Part shown: one piece after another, positions 10,282-19,265 of the stretch
Layout: each line of letters starts with the position of its first letter
How positions within the stretch are numbered: the first letter of the stretch is position 1
Position numbers and translations under genes: made by a program
Source: a bacterium
Lineage (GTDB): Bacteria; UBP6; UBA1177
Length of the DNA stretch: 64,000 bases
Assembly (NCBI GenBank): GCA_017963125.1
Contig: JAGCUA010000069.1
Location: forward strand, 87,723 to 151,722
Direction of reading: 5' to 3'
The notes under the pieces: generated by a model
The model's input: the letters and a program-made list of their open reading frames with translations, nothing else
What the model was told of the DNA's origin: nothing
The model's database searches: none

Positions 10282-11712
10282 TCAGTCGAAATCAGGCTCT
10301 TCGACCTTGCCTATGAAAAGAAGCGTGCCGGTTCTGTCGTCGCGGACAGCAAATACAAACGGACGGTCGAAACGGAAAAAGGTCGGATTAAAGCCGTATT
10401 CGCTTGCGCCGACTTCAACGTAGACTTCGGTTACAGCCGATGCCTCGACTCCCTTTTCATCCATACTGAAATAGGTGTTGTGGAGAATCTTGCTGATAAT
10501 GAGTTTGTCACTGACAATCCCGTCGAAGCCGTAATTCCAGTCAAATGGCTTTCTGAGCCCCATCGCGGAAAAGTCATCCTGAATCGACTCGTCGTATTCG
10601 AATCTGACGCGCGGAAGCTCGAACTCGCAGTATTTTATGGACGCACTGTTGACTCTGTCGAAATATTCCCCGATTCCGTTTTCAGCCATCTCGGAAATCA
10701 TAGCGTCAACAGAACCGTCTGAGTCCCGCGGCATGAAGAAGTATATCGAAGCCGCGTGTCTCCCGAAAGGAACAGCCAGCATCCGGATATCCTGCCCATT
10801 GTAGAACCGGCGCTCACGAAGCATTCCGCTGAAGAACTGAGCCGGTTTTGTTCTACCGTTGCTCATTGTAAAATATCCCTGTTCAATATCTCCTTCCGAG
10901 TCGACCTGCTGCATCCAGTTTGCCCGAAAATAGACCGCATTGAGCAGGAGCATCATCGTTTCTTTGTCTATTTCATCAATAATTTCAGGAATTTTCCCCT
11001 TCGTCTTACTATTGACCCAGGAATTGATCAGCCCGACAGTTTTCGGATCAGCGAAATCCTTAACAAAATAGCCGGCGTCATAATACTTTTGAAGATCGTT
11101 CACAAACGTCTTGTTGACCTTTCCCGAAAAGGCGTCGTCAAGCCACATCGAATTTGCCAGAGAAAGCTCGAAATCCTTATCGAAATAGGTCAGACTCTGC
11201 AAAAGAAAGTCGAACTGCCCGTTCAGCGTCATGTAATCGTCGAATCCCGCCGCCTTGTAGCCGAGAAAATCGATCAGCTCGTCGTAGGTTTCGCTGTTTC
11301 CCGCACCACCGAGAGTCATCGCCATGGCGATTGAAATCGAAAGCGGTGAAATCATGATGTTTTCGCCAGGCTCGCTGAGCTTCGCGAAGAGTTTCATTCC
11401 GAAGTTCGTGTTCGCCTCGACAAACGGAGCCAGAACCTGCTCCGCCTGAGCATCCGCCTTCGCGTAGGCATTCTGCCACTCCTCATAAGTCTGCGGAGCG
11501 GAATCTTCAGCATCTTCAGTAAAATCATCGTCAAAATCGTCGATTCCATCGTCATTGACGACCTCAAAATCGGCAGTTTCATCGTCATTGAAGGGAGCAG
11601 AATCGGCATCATCACCCTGCCCTTCCCCCTTCTCTCCGCTTGAAGAACTGCCGCAGCAGCCAGCAAACAATAAAATCATAAAAAAGCCAATCAAAACGAT
11701 GAGTTTTTTCAT
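10282..11712 (-). CDS. serpin-family protein, predicted lipoprotein with an acidic linker
   Basis: Start MKKLIVLIGFFMILLFAGC (lipobox) after GGAGG; the track ORF has a 22-codon upstream extension. Serpin body ends with hinge EKGVEASAVT and FRFDRPFVFAVRD. A D/E-rich stretch follows the lipobox. Confidence 0.85.
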   Translation of the reverse strand: MKKLIVLIGFFMILLFAGCCGSSSSGEKGEGQGDDADSAPFNDDETADFEVVNDDGIDDFDDDFTEDAEDSAPQTYEEWQNAYAKADAQAEQVLAPFVEANTNFGMKLFAKLSEPGENIMISPLSISIAMAMTLGGAGNSETYDELIDFLGYKAAGFDDYMTLNGQFDFLLQSLTYFDKDFELSLANSMWLDDAFSGKVNKTFVNDLQKYYDAGYFVKDFADPKTVGLINSWVNSKTKGKIPEIIDEIDKETMMLLLNAVYFRANWMQQVDSEGDIEQGYFTMSNGRTKPAQFFSGMLRERRFYNGQDIRMLAVPFGRHAASIYFFMPRDSDGSVDAMISEMAENGIGEYFDRVNSASIKYCEFELPRVRFEYDESIQDDFSAMGLRKPFDWNYGFDGIVSDKLIISKILHNTYFSMDEKGVEASAVTEVYVEVGASEYGFNPTFFRFDRPFVFAVRDDRTGTLLFIGKVEEPDFD

Positions 11713-11750
11713 ATCGACCTCCTGCATATTTTCATCAAATCCAACGCAGG

Positions 11751-11778
11751 ATTTTAGTTTTGTTTGTGCTTTTCTCAA
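11751..11778 (-). promoter_or_regulatory. sigma70-type promoter of the serpin gene (inside repeat copy 2)
   Basis: Minus strand reads TTGAGA (11778-11773), a 16-nt spacer, then TAAAAT (11756-11751). Same sequence as the alaS promoter except one base in the -10. Confidence 0.5.
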
Positions 11779-11783
11779 GAAAA
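11755..11783. repeat. 29-bp perfect direct repeat, copy 2
   Basis: Identical to 10229-10257. On the plus strand it also supplies a TTGTGC -35-like element 16 nt before the TATAAT (11786-11791) of pepF. Confidence 0.95.
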
Positions 11784-11832
11784 ATTATAATAACGGGTTT
11801 TTTGTTTATGAACATTTGATTTGGAGGAAAAA

Positions 11833-13629
11833 ATGCTGAAAAGAAACGAAGTCGACCCGAAAAACTGCTGGCAGACGAGCCACCTTTACAAAAACGAAGA
11901 AGAAGTCGCAAACGAATTCCAGTGCATCGAAAAAGACACTGCCGAAATCGTGAAATTCGCCGGAAAACTCGGTGAAAAGGAAACTCTTCTCAAAGCTCTC
12001 AGAATTTCAAGCGATGCCATGAGAAGAGGCGCAAAACTTCAGTGCTACGCTGACAGGAACCGCGATATCGACATGAGCGTCGGCAAATGGCAGGAACTTT
12101 CAGGCATGGCGGCTGCGGCTATGACAAAAATGGCGGCCGCAAGCTCTTTCATGGAACCGGAACTTCTCTCCTACAGCGAAGAAAAGCTGCTCGGCTTCAA
12201 AAACGACCCCGATTTCAGTGATTTTTCAAGATACTTCGATGCTATTCTTCTGAACAAGCCGCACACTCTCTCAGAACCTGAAGAGAAGATCATGGCTGAG
12301 TTCGGCGGACTCGCTCTCGGCGAATACGAAACCTATTCGACTTTTTCGTCGGCTGACATGAAATTCCCAGAAATCGAGCTTGAAGGCGAAAAAATGGAAG
12401 CAAATATCCAGACTTACGCAAGATTCCGCCAGAGCGACAACCGCGAGACGAGAAAGAAAATCTTCGACGTTTTCTGGAAAACTTACGACAGCTACAAAAA
12501 CTCGCTCGCGAAGATGCTCCACTACCAGACGAAATACTATGCGACAGTCGCAAAGATCAGAAAATACTCCGATGCTCTCGACAAGGAGATGAAGGAAAAC
12601 GAGCTTCCCTCGACATTCTTCTACACACTCCGCGACAACGTCCGCGCCATTCTGCCGGCACTTCACGAATATCTGGCACTCAAAAAGGAAGTCCTCAATA
12701 TTCCGGATCAGGGATATCACGATATTTACGCGACGATGGTCAAAGGCGGAAACAGCAGAGTCTACACCTACGAAGATTCGGTCAAACTCGTAAACGAAGC
12801 GATGTCCTGCATGACCGACGAATACAGAAAAGCTATCGCAGAAGCAATGGATCCTGCGAACGGCTGGGTCGATATCTATCCGAACGAAGGCAAAGTGAGC
12901 GGCGCATACATGGAAGGCATGGCTTACGACACGCACCCTTATGTTCTCTTGAACCACATTGACGACTACAATTCTGCTTCAACTTTAGCTCACGAGATGG
13001 GTCACGCGATCCATTCATACTACTCCAATAAGTTCCAGCCTTACGAAAAATCGCAGTACACGATCTTCGTTGCCGAGGTCGCAAGCACGTTCAACGAAAT
13101 CATGCTCATCAACCGCCTTATCGACACGACACAGGACAAGGAAGAGAAGAAATTCCTCCTTAACCACTTCATCGAAATGGCACGCGCTACCGTTTTCAGA
13201 CAGATGCAGTTCGCAGAATTTGAAGATGCGATCTACAAAAAAGTCGAAGCCGGCGAAGTTCTCACTCCTGAGTTCCTCAACGACCTTTACGGCAAGACCT
13301 TGAGCAGATACTATGGCGAAGAATACGGCCTCATGAAGATAGAAGAGCTCTACAAAAACGAGTGGGCTTTCGTTCCTCATTTCTACTACAACTACTATGT
13401 TTACAAGTATGTCGTCGGCTTTATCGGCGCTCTTTCGCTCGCTGAAGGTGTAAGAAGCGGCAAGATCCCGGCAGAACAGTATATCAATGGATTCCTCAAG
13501 GCTGGAACATCGAAACCGCCTATTGAGATCCTCAAGGACGCAGGCGTTGACATGACCGATATCGCGCCTTACAAAATGTTCGAGAAAGTTTTCGTCGAGA
13601 AGCTTCAACAGTTGAAAGAACTGCTGTAA
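11833..13629 (+). CDS. pepF: oligoendopeptidase F (M3B metallopeptidase)
   Basis: Start MLKRNEV after GGAGG at 11823-11827. Zinc motif HEMGHAIHS and about 600 aa, typical of PepF. Confidence 0.88.
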   Translation: MLKRNEVDPKNCWQTSHLYKNEEEVANEFQCIEKDTAEIVKFAGKLGEKETLLKALRISSDAMRRGAKLQCYADRNRDIDMSVGKWQELSGMAAAAMTKMAAASSFMEPELLSYSEEKLLGFKNDPDFSDFSRYFDAILLNKPHTLSEPEEKIMAEFGGLALGEYETYSTFSSADMKFPEIELEGEKMEANIQTYARFRQSDNRETRKKIFDVFWKTYDSYKNSLAKMLHYQTKYYATVAKIRKYSDALDKEMKENELPSTFFYTLRDNVRAILPALHEYLALKKEVLNIPDQGYHDIYATMVKGGNSRVYTYEDSVKLVNEAMSCMTDEYRKAIAEAMDPANGWVDIYPNEGKVSGAYMEGMAYDTHPYVLLNHIDDYNSASTLAHEMGHAIHSYYSNKFQPYEKSQYTIFVAEVASTFNEIMLINRLIDTTQDKEEKKFLLNHFIEMARATVFRQMQFAEFEDAIYKKVEAGEVLTPEFLNDLYGKTLSRYYGEEYGLMKIEELYKNEWAFVPHFYYNYYVYKYVVGFIGALSLAEGVRSGKIPAEQYINGFLKAGTSKPPIEILKDAGVDMTDIAPYKMFEKVFVEKLQQLKELL

Positions 13630-13673
13630 AGACCTCACCATTTTCTTACAATAAAACCTTAGCAAGTCAGCGG

Positions 13674-14168
13674 ATGATATTCAAATCAAAATACATTACG
13701 CCGGACGGTTTCGACGATATCGTTATTGAATCGGACGGAAAATTTCTCACCGGACTCAGGTTCGAACAATGCAAAAGCGAATTTGACGAAACAGAAAATC
13801 TGCCGGTTTTCGCAGAAACATGCCGCTGGCTCGACATCTATTTCAGCGGCCGCCAGCCTGACTGGATGCCAAAATATAAAATCGAATTTTCATCAGCCTT
13901 CAGGAAAGAAGTTTTGGAAGAAACATTCAGAATTCCTTTTGGAAAAACAATGACTTACGGCGAAATGGCGCAAAGGATCGCAAGCCGTCTCGGCATAACG
14001 AAAATGTCGGCTCAGGCAGTCGGAGGAGCTCTCGGCTGGAACCCGCTCTGCATCATGATCCCGTGTCACAGGGTCATCGGCGCAAACGGAAAACTAACAG
14101 GATATGGCGGCGGGATCAAAAACAAGACTGCGCTTCTTGAACTGGAAAAATCAAATTTTACTGATTGA
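13674..14168 (+). CDS. ogt: methylated-DNA--protein-cysteine methyltransferase
   Basis: 164 aa. Active site IPCHRVIGANGKLTGYGGG. Confidence 0.9.
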   Translation: MIFKSKYITPDGFDDIVIESDGKFLTGLRFEQCKSEFDETENLPVFAETCRWLDIYFSGRQPDWMPKYKIEFSSAFRKEVLEETFRIPFGKTMTYGEMAQRIASRLGITKMSAQAVGGALGWNPLCIMIPCHRVIGANGKLTGYGGGIKNKTALLELEKSNFTD

Positions 14169-14526
14169 AACTTTCCGGAGATGTAGGATCCGGTCCGTAC
14201 TGATTCGGTCCGACTTCACCGCTCTGAAGCATCCACACTGCAAAAATAATGCCACCTATTCCAGGGATAAGATTGATCAACCAGTATTTACCCGATTTTC
14301 CGATATCGTGAAGTCTGCGCCATGATACTGCCAATCCGGGGCACATCATTGCAAGCAGCCATAAATTAAGAAGAATTTTGCTGCCAAGCGCTGCGGATAC
14401 CTTCATAAGAATGATCATTACAACAAGGTTGAACAAACAAAAATACCAGTACTCGCTCCGCCCTGCACGGCCACTAAAATTTGCATAGTTTAAAAAACAC
14501 TTTTTTAAGGCTTCAAAAATATTCAT
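14158..14526 (-). CDS. DUF805-family inner-membrane protein
   Basis: GRAGRSEYWYF...RRLHDIGKSGKYWLI pattern with about 3 TM helices. Its 3' end overlaps the ogt 3' end by 11 nt (convergent). Confidence 0.75.
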   Translation of the reverse strand: MNIFEALKKCFLNYANFSGRAGRSEYWYFCLFNLVVMIILMKVSAALGSKILLNLWLLAMMCPGLAVSWRRLHDIGKSGKYWLINLIPGIGGIIFAVWMLQSGEVGPNQYGPDPTSPESFNQ

Positions 14527-14673
14527 GACTGAATCTCCGTTTCAACTGAATATCAAAAAACTTCGCTATTTTAGGCATTTCCGAGGGCGCTGACAAGTTT
14601 TTGTCCTGACCTTGTTTTGAACTCTTTTTCTGCTATACTCCGCCGTTTTTTGAGACTAAAAAACGAGGTCAAA

Positions 14674-16065
14674 ATGGTAAAGAAAAGAACTTCTTTCGTA
14701 TGCACTAACTGCTCATACACGACTCCGAAATGGATGGGAAGATGCCCCGAATGCGGAGAGTGGAACACTCTCGAAGAAAAGGATGAAACTGTCGCTCCTG
14801 AAGAGAACCACAGGCTTTTCGCGACTTCTCCCGACGCGGTCTATACCCACATTTCCGAGGTCAAAAGCGTTGACAACGAAAGAGTCAAAACCGGATACAA
14901 GGAGCTCGACAGGATCCTGGGCGGCGGCGTTGTAAAAGGAAGTTACAACCTCATCAGCGGCCATCCGGGAGTCGGAAAATCGACTCTCATGCTCCAGACG
15001 GCGCTTGAACTTTCGAAGCAGTGCAAAGTGCTCTATCTTTCGGCGGAAGAAAGTGTTTCGCAGGTCAAGATCCGCTTTGAAAGGCTCGCCGGCAAAAAAG
15101 GGTGCGGAAGCCTTTTTCTTTCCAACGAAAGCAACCTCGACAAACTCCGCGCAAAACTTGAGGAAGAGGATTTCGACATACTTTTCTGCGACTCGATCCA
15201 GTCGGTCTATTCGCCGTCAGTCCTGGGGATCCCAGGTTCCGTGAGCCAGATCAAAGAGTGCGCCGTAAGACTTCTCGAAACGGCGAAAAGAAAAGGGATC
15301 ACGGTTTTCGTAGTAGGACATGTCACCAAAAACGGCGAGATCGCCGGCCCCATGCTGCTTGAGCACATGGTCGATTCGGTGCTTATTTTTGAAGGCGACC
15401 CCTCACTCGGATACAGGGTCCTGCGCTGCTCGAAAAACCGTTTCGGTGCTACAGACGAAATCGGGATCTTCACGATGACATCGAACGGACTCACCGAAGT
15501 CGAAAACCCGAGCCAGTTTTTCCTTTCCGACAACATCGGCTCGATCTCAGGCTCGGCGAGAGCGCTTGTTCTCGAAGGGACCCGTCCGTTTCTGATCGAA
15601 GTCCAGTCGCTCGTCACGAACTCGAATCTGCCGCAGCCGCGCCGCGTCGTAACAGGGATCGACAGCGGAAGACTCGCCATGATCTGCGCTATTCTCGAAA
15701 AAAGATGCGACATATACTTCTCGAATTTCGATATTTTCGTAAACGTTGTCGGCGGCCTTAAAATCAAGACTCCGTGCGTTGATCTGCCTCTTGCGGCATC
15801 GCTTTTCTCTTCGGTTCTAAACCTTTCGCTCCCGGTCGACTGGGCCTTTGTCGGAGAGATCGGATTGGGCGGCGAAGTGCGCGAAGTTCCGGGGCTTGAA
15901 ATCATGCTGAAAGAAGGTGCAAGACTCGGTCTGAGCAAGATCTTCGCTCCGGTAGAGCGCAGCAACAAAGAGAAAAAATATCCAGGCAAAACCGAAATCG
16001 TCAGGATCTCCCACATTGACGAAATCAGGGAGCATATCGCTTCAACAAATATTTTTGACAGGTAG
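14674..16065 (+). CDS. radA: DNA repair protein RadA/Sms
   Basis: Start MVKKRTSFVCTNCSYTTPKWMGRCPECGEWNT (zinc finger). Walker A GHPGVGKST, KNRFG motif, Lon-like C-terminal domain. Confidence 0.95.
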   Translation: MVKKRTSFVCTNCSYTTPKWMGRCPECGEWNTLEEKDETVAPEENHRLFATSPDAVYTHISEVKSVDNERVKTGYKELDRILGGGVVKGSYNLISGHPGVGKSTLMLQTALELSKQCKVLYLSAEESVSQVKIRFERLAGKKGCGSLFLSNESNLDKLRAKLEEEDFDILFCDSIQSVYSPSVLGIPGSVSQIKECAVRLLETAKRKGITVFVVGHVTKNGEIAGPMLLEHMVDSVLIFEGDPSLGYRVLRCSKNRFGATDEIGIFTMTSNGLTEVENPSQFFLSDNIGSISGSARALVLEGTRPFLIEVQSLVTNSNLPQPRRVVTGIDSGRLAMICAILEKRCDIYFSNFDIFVNVVGGLKIKTPCVDLPLAASLFSSVLNLSLPVDWAFVGEIGLGGEVREVPGLEIMLKEGARLGLSKIFAPVERSNKEKKYPGKTEIVRISHIDEIREHIASTNIFDR

Positions 16066-16124
16066 AAAACTTGACACAAAGCGCTTTTACCAAGTTAATT
16101 CAACGGTTTTTTTAGAGGTGTGCA

Positions 16125-17318
16125 ATGGCTGAACTTCTCGCTCCCGCAGGAAATCCCGAAAAATTAGTCTGGGCCGATATTTACGGTGCTGATGCGATAT
16201 ATTTCGGTGTTGACAGGTTTTCTCTCCGCTCTTTTGCAGGGAATTTCACTCTCGACGATGCCGCAAAAGCACTTGAAAGGCTTCATAAAAACGGCAAAAA
16301 AGGCTACATCACTCTGAATATCTATCCATATTCCGGCGAATACAAAGACCTTGTCGAAACAGCAGGACAGCTTGCGGAATGCAAGGCCGATGCGTTCATC
16401 GTGAGCGATTTCGGCGTCATCACGGCACTCAAAAAAGCGGGGCTCAAAGTGCCTCTCCACATTTCGACTCAGGCGAACACCGTTTCCTGGGAAACCGTGA
16501 ACGCATATTACGATTACGGCGCGAAAAGGGTAAATCTTGCTCGCGAGCTTTCGTTTGAAAAAATCAAGGAAATCGCGCAGAACAAATACAAAGAAGCAGA
16601 AATCGAAGTTTTCGTCCACGGCGCGGTCTGTTTCAGCATGTCAGGCAGATGCGCGATAAGCGACTGGCTCACCGGAAGAAAGGCCAACCGCGGCGAATGC
16701 ACTCATCCCTGCCGCTGGAAATACGCCGTAGTCGAAGAAAAACGCGAAGGCGAATATATGCCGGTCGGTGAGGACGGACGCGGAACCTACATCTTCAACC
16801 CGAAGGAACTTGCCCTTTTCGACTACATCTCTCCGCTCAAGGAACTCGGCGTTGATTCCTTCAAGATCGAAGGAAGAATGAAGTCAATCCACTATGTCGC
16901 TTCGGTCGTTTCGCTTTACAGAAGGCTCCTTGACGGCGAAAACATCCCGCGTGAAGAAATCGAAACGCTTCTCAACCGCGTCAAAAACAGAGGCTACTCC
17001 ACCGGTTTCATGAAAGGCGGAGTCACTCCCGACGACTACCAGATTGGCGGCGACGGCTCGAATTCCGAAGCCGAATTCGTGGCAAATATCACCGAAGAAA
17101 AAGAAAACAACTGCTGCGTAGCCGAAGTCAGAAACCACATGGAAGGTGGTGAAACAGTCGAAATCTTAGAACCAAGCGGCCACACAAGAACTTACAAACT
17201 GCCGGAAATACTCACTTTCACCGACGGAACGCAGGCGAAAGCGGCAAACCACTCGAAATTCGTCCTGCTCGAAGGCGATTTCATCCCCTACTCTATTTTG
17301 AGGAGAGTTGAGGGATAA
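16125..17318 (+). CDS. peptidase U32 family protein
   Basis: 397 aa. MAELLAPAGN...DAIYFG N-terminus and ECTHPCRW Cys cluster typical of U32 (PrtC/YegQ-like) proteins. Confidence 0.8.
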   Translation: MAELLAPAGNPEKLVWADIYGADAIYFGVDRFSLRSFAGNFTLDDAAKALERLHKNGKKGYITLNIYPYSGEYKDLVETAGQLAECKADAFIVSDFGVITALKKAGLKVPLHISTQANTVSWETVNAYYDYGAKRVNLARELSFEKIKEIAQNKYKEAEIEVFVHGAVCFSMSGRCAISDWLTGRKANRGECTHPCRWKYAVVEEKREGEYMPVGEDGRGTYIFNPKELALFDYISPLKELGVDSFKIEGRMKSIHYVASVVSLYRRLLDGENIPREEIETLLNRVKNRGYSTGFMKGGVTPDDYQIGGDGSNSEAEFVANITEEKENNCCVAEVRNHMEGGETVEILEPSGHTRTYKLPEILTFTDGTQAKAANHSKFVLLEGDFIPYSILRRVEG

Positions 17319-17416
17319 TGCCGGACGGCAATCCCTGACTTTTTCCGATTTTCTTTGCATTTTCAGCAGATTTTCCTATAATATTGCGGTTTTGTTGATT
17401 CGTTTGAAGGTCAAAC

Positions 17417-17716
17417 ATGGTCGCTTCCGAAATAAATACTCTGACAAGCAACATTCTTCCGATTGCTGAAAAATACGGTGTGACGCGTATCAAGCTTTTC
17501 GGTTCAAGAGCACGCGGCGACAACAAACCTCAAAGCGACTACGATTTTCTGATAAGCAAAGGGGCTATTCAAACTTTGCTGCAGTATTCCGCTTTCGTAG
17601 CTGAACTCGAAGAGCTTCTTGGAGTTCATGTCGATGTCATTACCGACACTTCCGATGATGAATATTTGATAAACACTGCTGAAACCGAGGGAATCGAAAT
17701 CTATGGAAACAAATAA
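17417..17716 (+). CDS. minimal nucleotidyltransferase (MNT-type antitoxin-like)
   Basis: 99 aa. LFGSRARGDNKPQSDYDFLI matches the GSxxRG...SDxD Pol-beta-fold NTase motif. Confidence 0.85.
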   Translation: MVASEINTLTSNILPIAEKYGVTRIKLFGSRARGDNKPQSDYDFLISKGAIQTLLQYSAFVAELEELLGVHVDVITDTSDDEYLINTAETEGIEIYGNK

Positions 17717-17882
17717 CCGGGATCAGCAGATTATTCATAAAATCGACATCGCAAGAATGCGGGACTATTTCGCGCACCGTTACGGCGCTATGGATTACGA
17801 CATGACTTGGAACACATCTCTCTCAGATGTGCAGATGCTGAAAAGCTATCTTGAAAAAAGAGTTGAAAATGGCGTGGCATAG
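17703..17882 (+). pseudogene. truncated HEPN (DUF86-type) toxin remnant, 59 codons
   Basis: Below the track cutoff. ATG overlaps the MNT 3' end by 14 nt, the usual MNT-HEPN arrangement. METNNRDQQIIHKIDIARMRDYFAHRYGAMDYDMTWNT... keeps the R-x4-H HEPN motif. It is roughly half the length I remember for DUF86 proteins; the N-terminal helices appear to be missing. Confidence 0.6.
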
Positions 17883-18081
17883 AGTGATAAAAATAACTCC
17901 GAAAGACAATTTCTACTTTCATTTTACGATCGAAAGCTACGAAAATCTTGGGCTTATTTCGACGATCGAGAAAAAAGACGGGATCCTGACGCTCGACTGC
18001 TTCACGACGATGGAAAGTTCGAGGGATTTCGACCGCGTGATCGAATCGGTTTTAAGAGAGATAAAGAAAAGCCATGAGTAA
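17869..18081 (+). CDS. small protein, DUF4911-like
   Basis: MAWHRVIKITPKDNFYFHFTIESYENLGLISTIEKKDGILTLDC resembles my recollection of DUF4911. Start is uncertain (TTG 17851 or ATG 17869). Overlaps the HEPN remnant stop. Confidence 0.4.
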   Translation: MAWHRVIKITPKDNFYFHFTIESYENLGLISTIEKKDGILTLDCFTTMESSRDFDRVIESVLREIKKSHE

Positions 18082-18649
18082 AAAGATTTTCGTTTTGATA
18101 TTCATCGCCCTTTTTTCCGCGAACCTTCACGCAGTTCTCAACGACAGGATCTCAGATAACAAAGTGCCATCCCTTTCGCTCATGGTATCGCTTGAGGAAT
18201 CGAATTTTCTCTACAATGCGCCGCTGATAAAATATCTGAACCTCGATTTCGGCCTCATGGTGAACCGTTTTCAGAATCCGGGGCTCAAATTCGGAATAGC
18301 CTGGCAGTGGATCGACAGCGAACATGTCGCAGGACTTTTGAAATTAGACGGAATTTTCCTCACGAGCCGTAAGTTCAACAGAATATTTCTGGGCGGTGAA
18401 GCGGGTGCGACGATATCGGCCGGAGTAAAACTTTCCGGATTCAAAGGCGAGATCATGACTATCGTGACAGCCGATCCGACCGAAACTTCCGATCCCAGGA
18501 TCGCTTTGGAACTCAGGCTCGGCGCATACGTTTCCCCGCATGAATCTGTCAACATCTACCTTGCTCCGGCAGCCGGAAGATACTTTGTCGAAAGGAATCA
18601 TTTCTACTTCAACCTTATCCTTTCGACCGAAGTTTTCCTCTGGCAATAA
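18074..18649 (+). CDS. exported protein of unknown function (possible small beta-barrel outer-membrane protein)
   Basis: Signal peptide MSKKIFVLIFIALFSANLHA. Alternating hydrophobic beta-like segments and an aromatic C-terminus (VFLWQ). No family recognised. Confidence 0.5.
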   Translation: MSKKIFVLIFIALFSANLHAVLNDRISDNKVPSLSLMVSLEESNFLYNAPLIKYLNLDFGLMVNRFQNPGLKFGIAWQWIDSEHVAGLLKLDGIFLTSRKFNRIFLGGEAGATISAGVKLSGFKGEIMTIVTADPTETSDPRIALELRLGAYVSPHESVNIYLAPAAGRYFVERNHFYFNLILSTEVFLWQ

Positions 18650-18713
18650 TTTTTTTCGGAATATTTTTCATTTTTCTATTGTTTATTTCGCGTTGTTCAT
18701 TTCGGGACTGATT

Positions 18714-19265
18714 ATGGAAGAATTACTGAAAGCCAACCTCGACAAGATTTTCAACTATGCGCTTTTCATCACGGGAAACCGGGAAAAGGCGCTCGACCTC
18801 ATGCAGGACACGATCGTTACTGTCCTTTCGAAAAAGCATCTTTATAAAGAAGAAGAGCATTTCAGATCGTGGATATTCAGGATCCTGAAGAACAATTACA
18901 TCAACAAGATCAAACACGACGCGGTGATCGGCGAAATATCATATTCAGACCTTGTTAAAGATGATGACGATCCGGGAATAATCGACTTCCCGGACACCCG
19001 CATATCGCCTGAAGATCTGAGTGATCCGATACTTAAAGAGAGGATCCGCGAAGTTTTCGAGACTATGCCTGCCGAATACCGCGAAGTCATAGTCATGATC
19101 CACATTGACGGGCTTTCCTACGAGGAAACGGCGCAGACTCTTGCGATCCCGGTCGGAACCGTCATGAGCAGACTTCACCGAGGCAGGAACTTCCTCAAAA
19201 AAGTGCTTGGCAAAGAGGCGGAAGAATTGAATATCATTACGAAAAAGGAAAGGAAAGATGCTTAA
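18714..19265 (+). CDS. ECF-type RNA polymerase sigma factor
   Basis: Start MEELLKANL; the track ORF is extended upstream. Region 2 FRSWIFRILKNNYINKIK and region 4 LSYEETAQTLAIPVGTVMSRLHRGRNFL. Confidence 0.88.
   Translation: MEELLKANLDKIFNYALFITGNREKALDLMQDTIVTVLSKKHLYKEEEHFRSWIFRILKNNYINKIKHDAVIGEISYSDLVKDDDDPGIIDFPDTRISPEDLSDPILKERIREVFETMPAEYREVIVMIHIDGLSYEETAQTLAIPVGTVMSRLHRGRNFLKKVLGKEAEELNIITKKERKDA

Noticed and set aside
11713-11778. N-terminal extensions of track ORFs: serpin +22 codons, WG-repeat protein +36, gamma-CA-like +20, radA +19, purQ +13, ECF sigma +58, alaS +7, groEL +6.
   Set aside because: In each case an internal ATG is preceded by GGAGG-like spacing and begins a canonical N-terminus (signal peptide, lipobox or conserved family start). 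The extension overlaps promoter or intergenic sequence.
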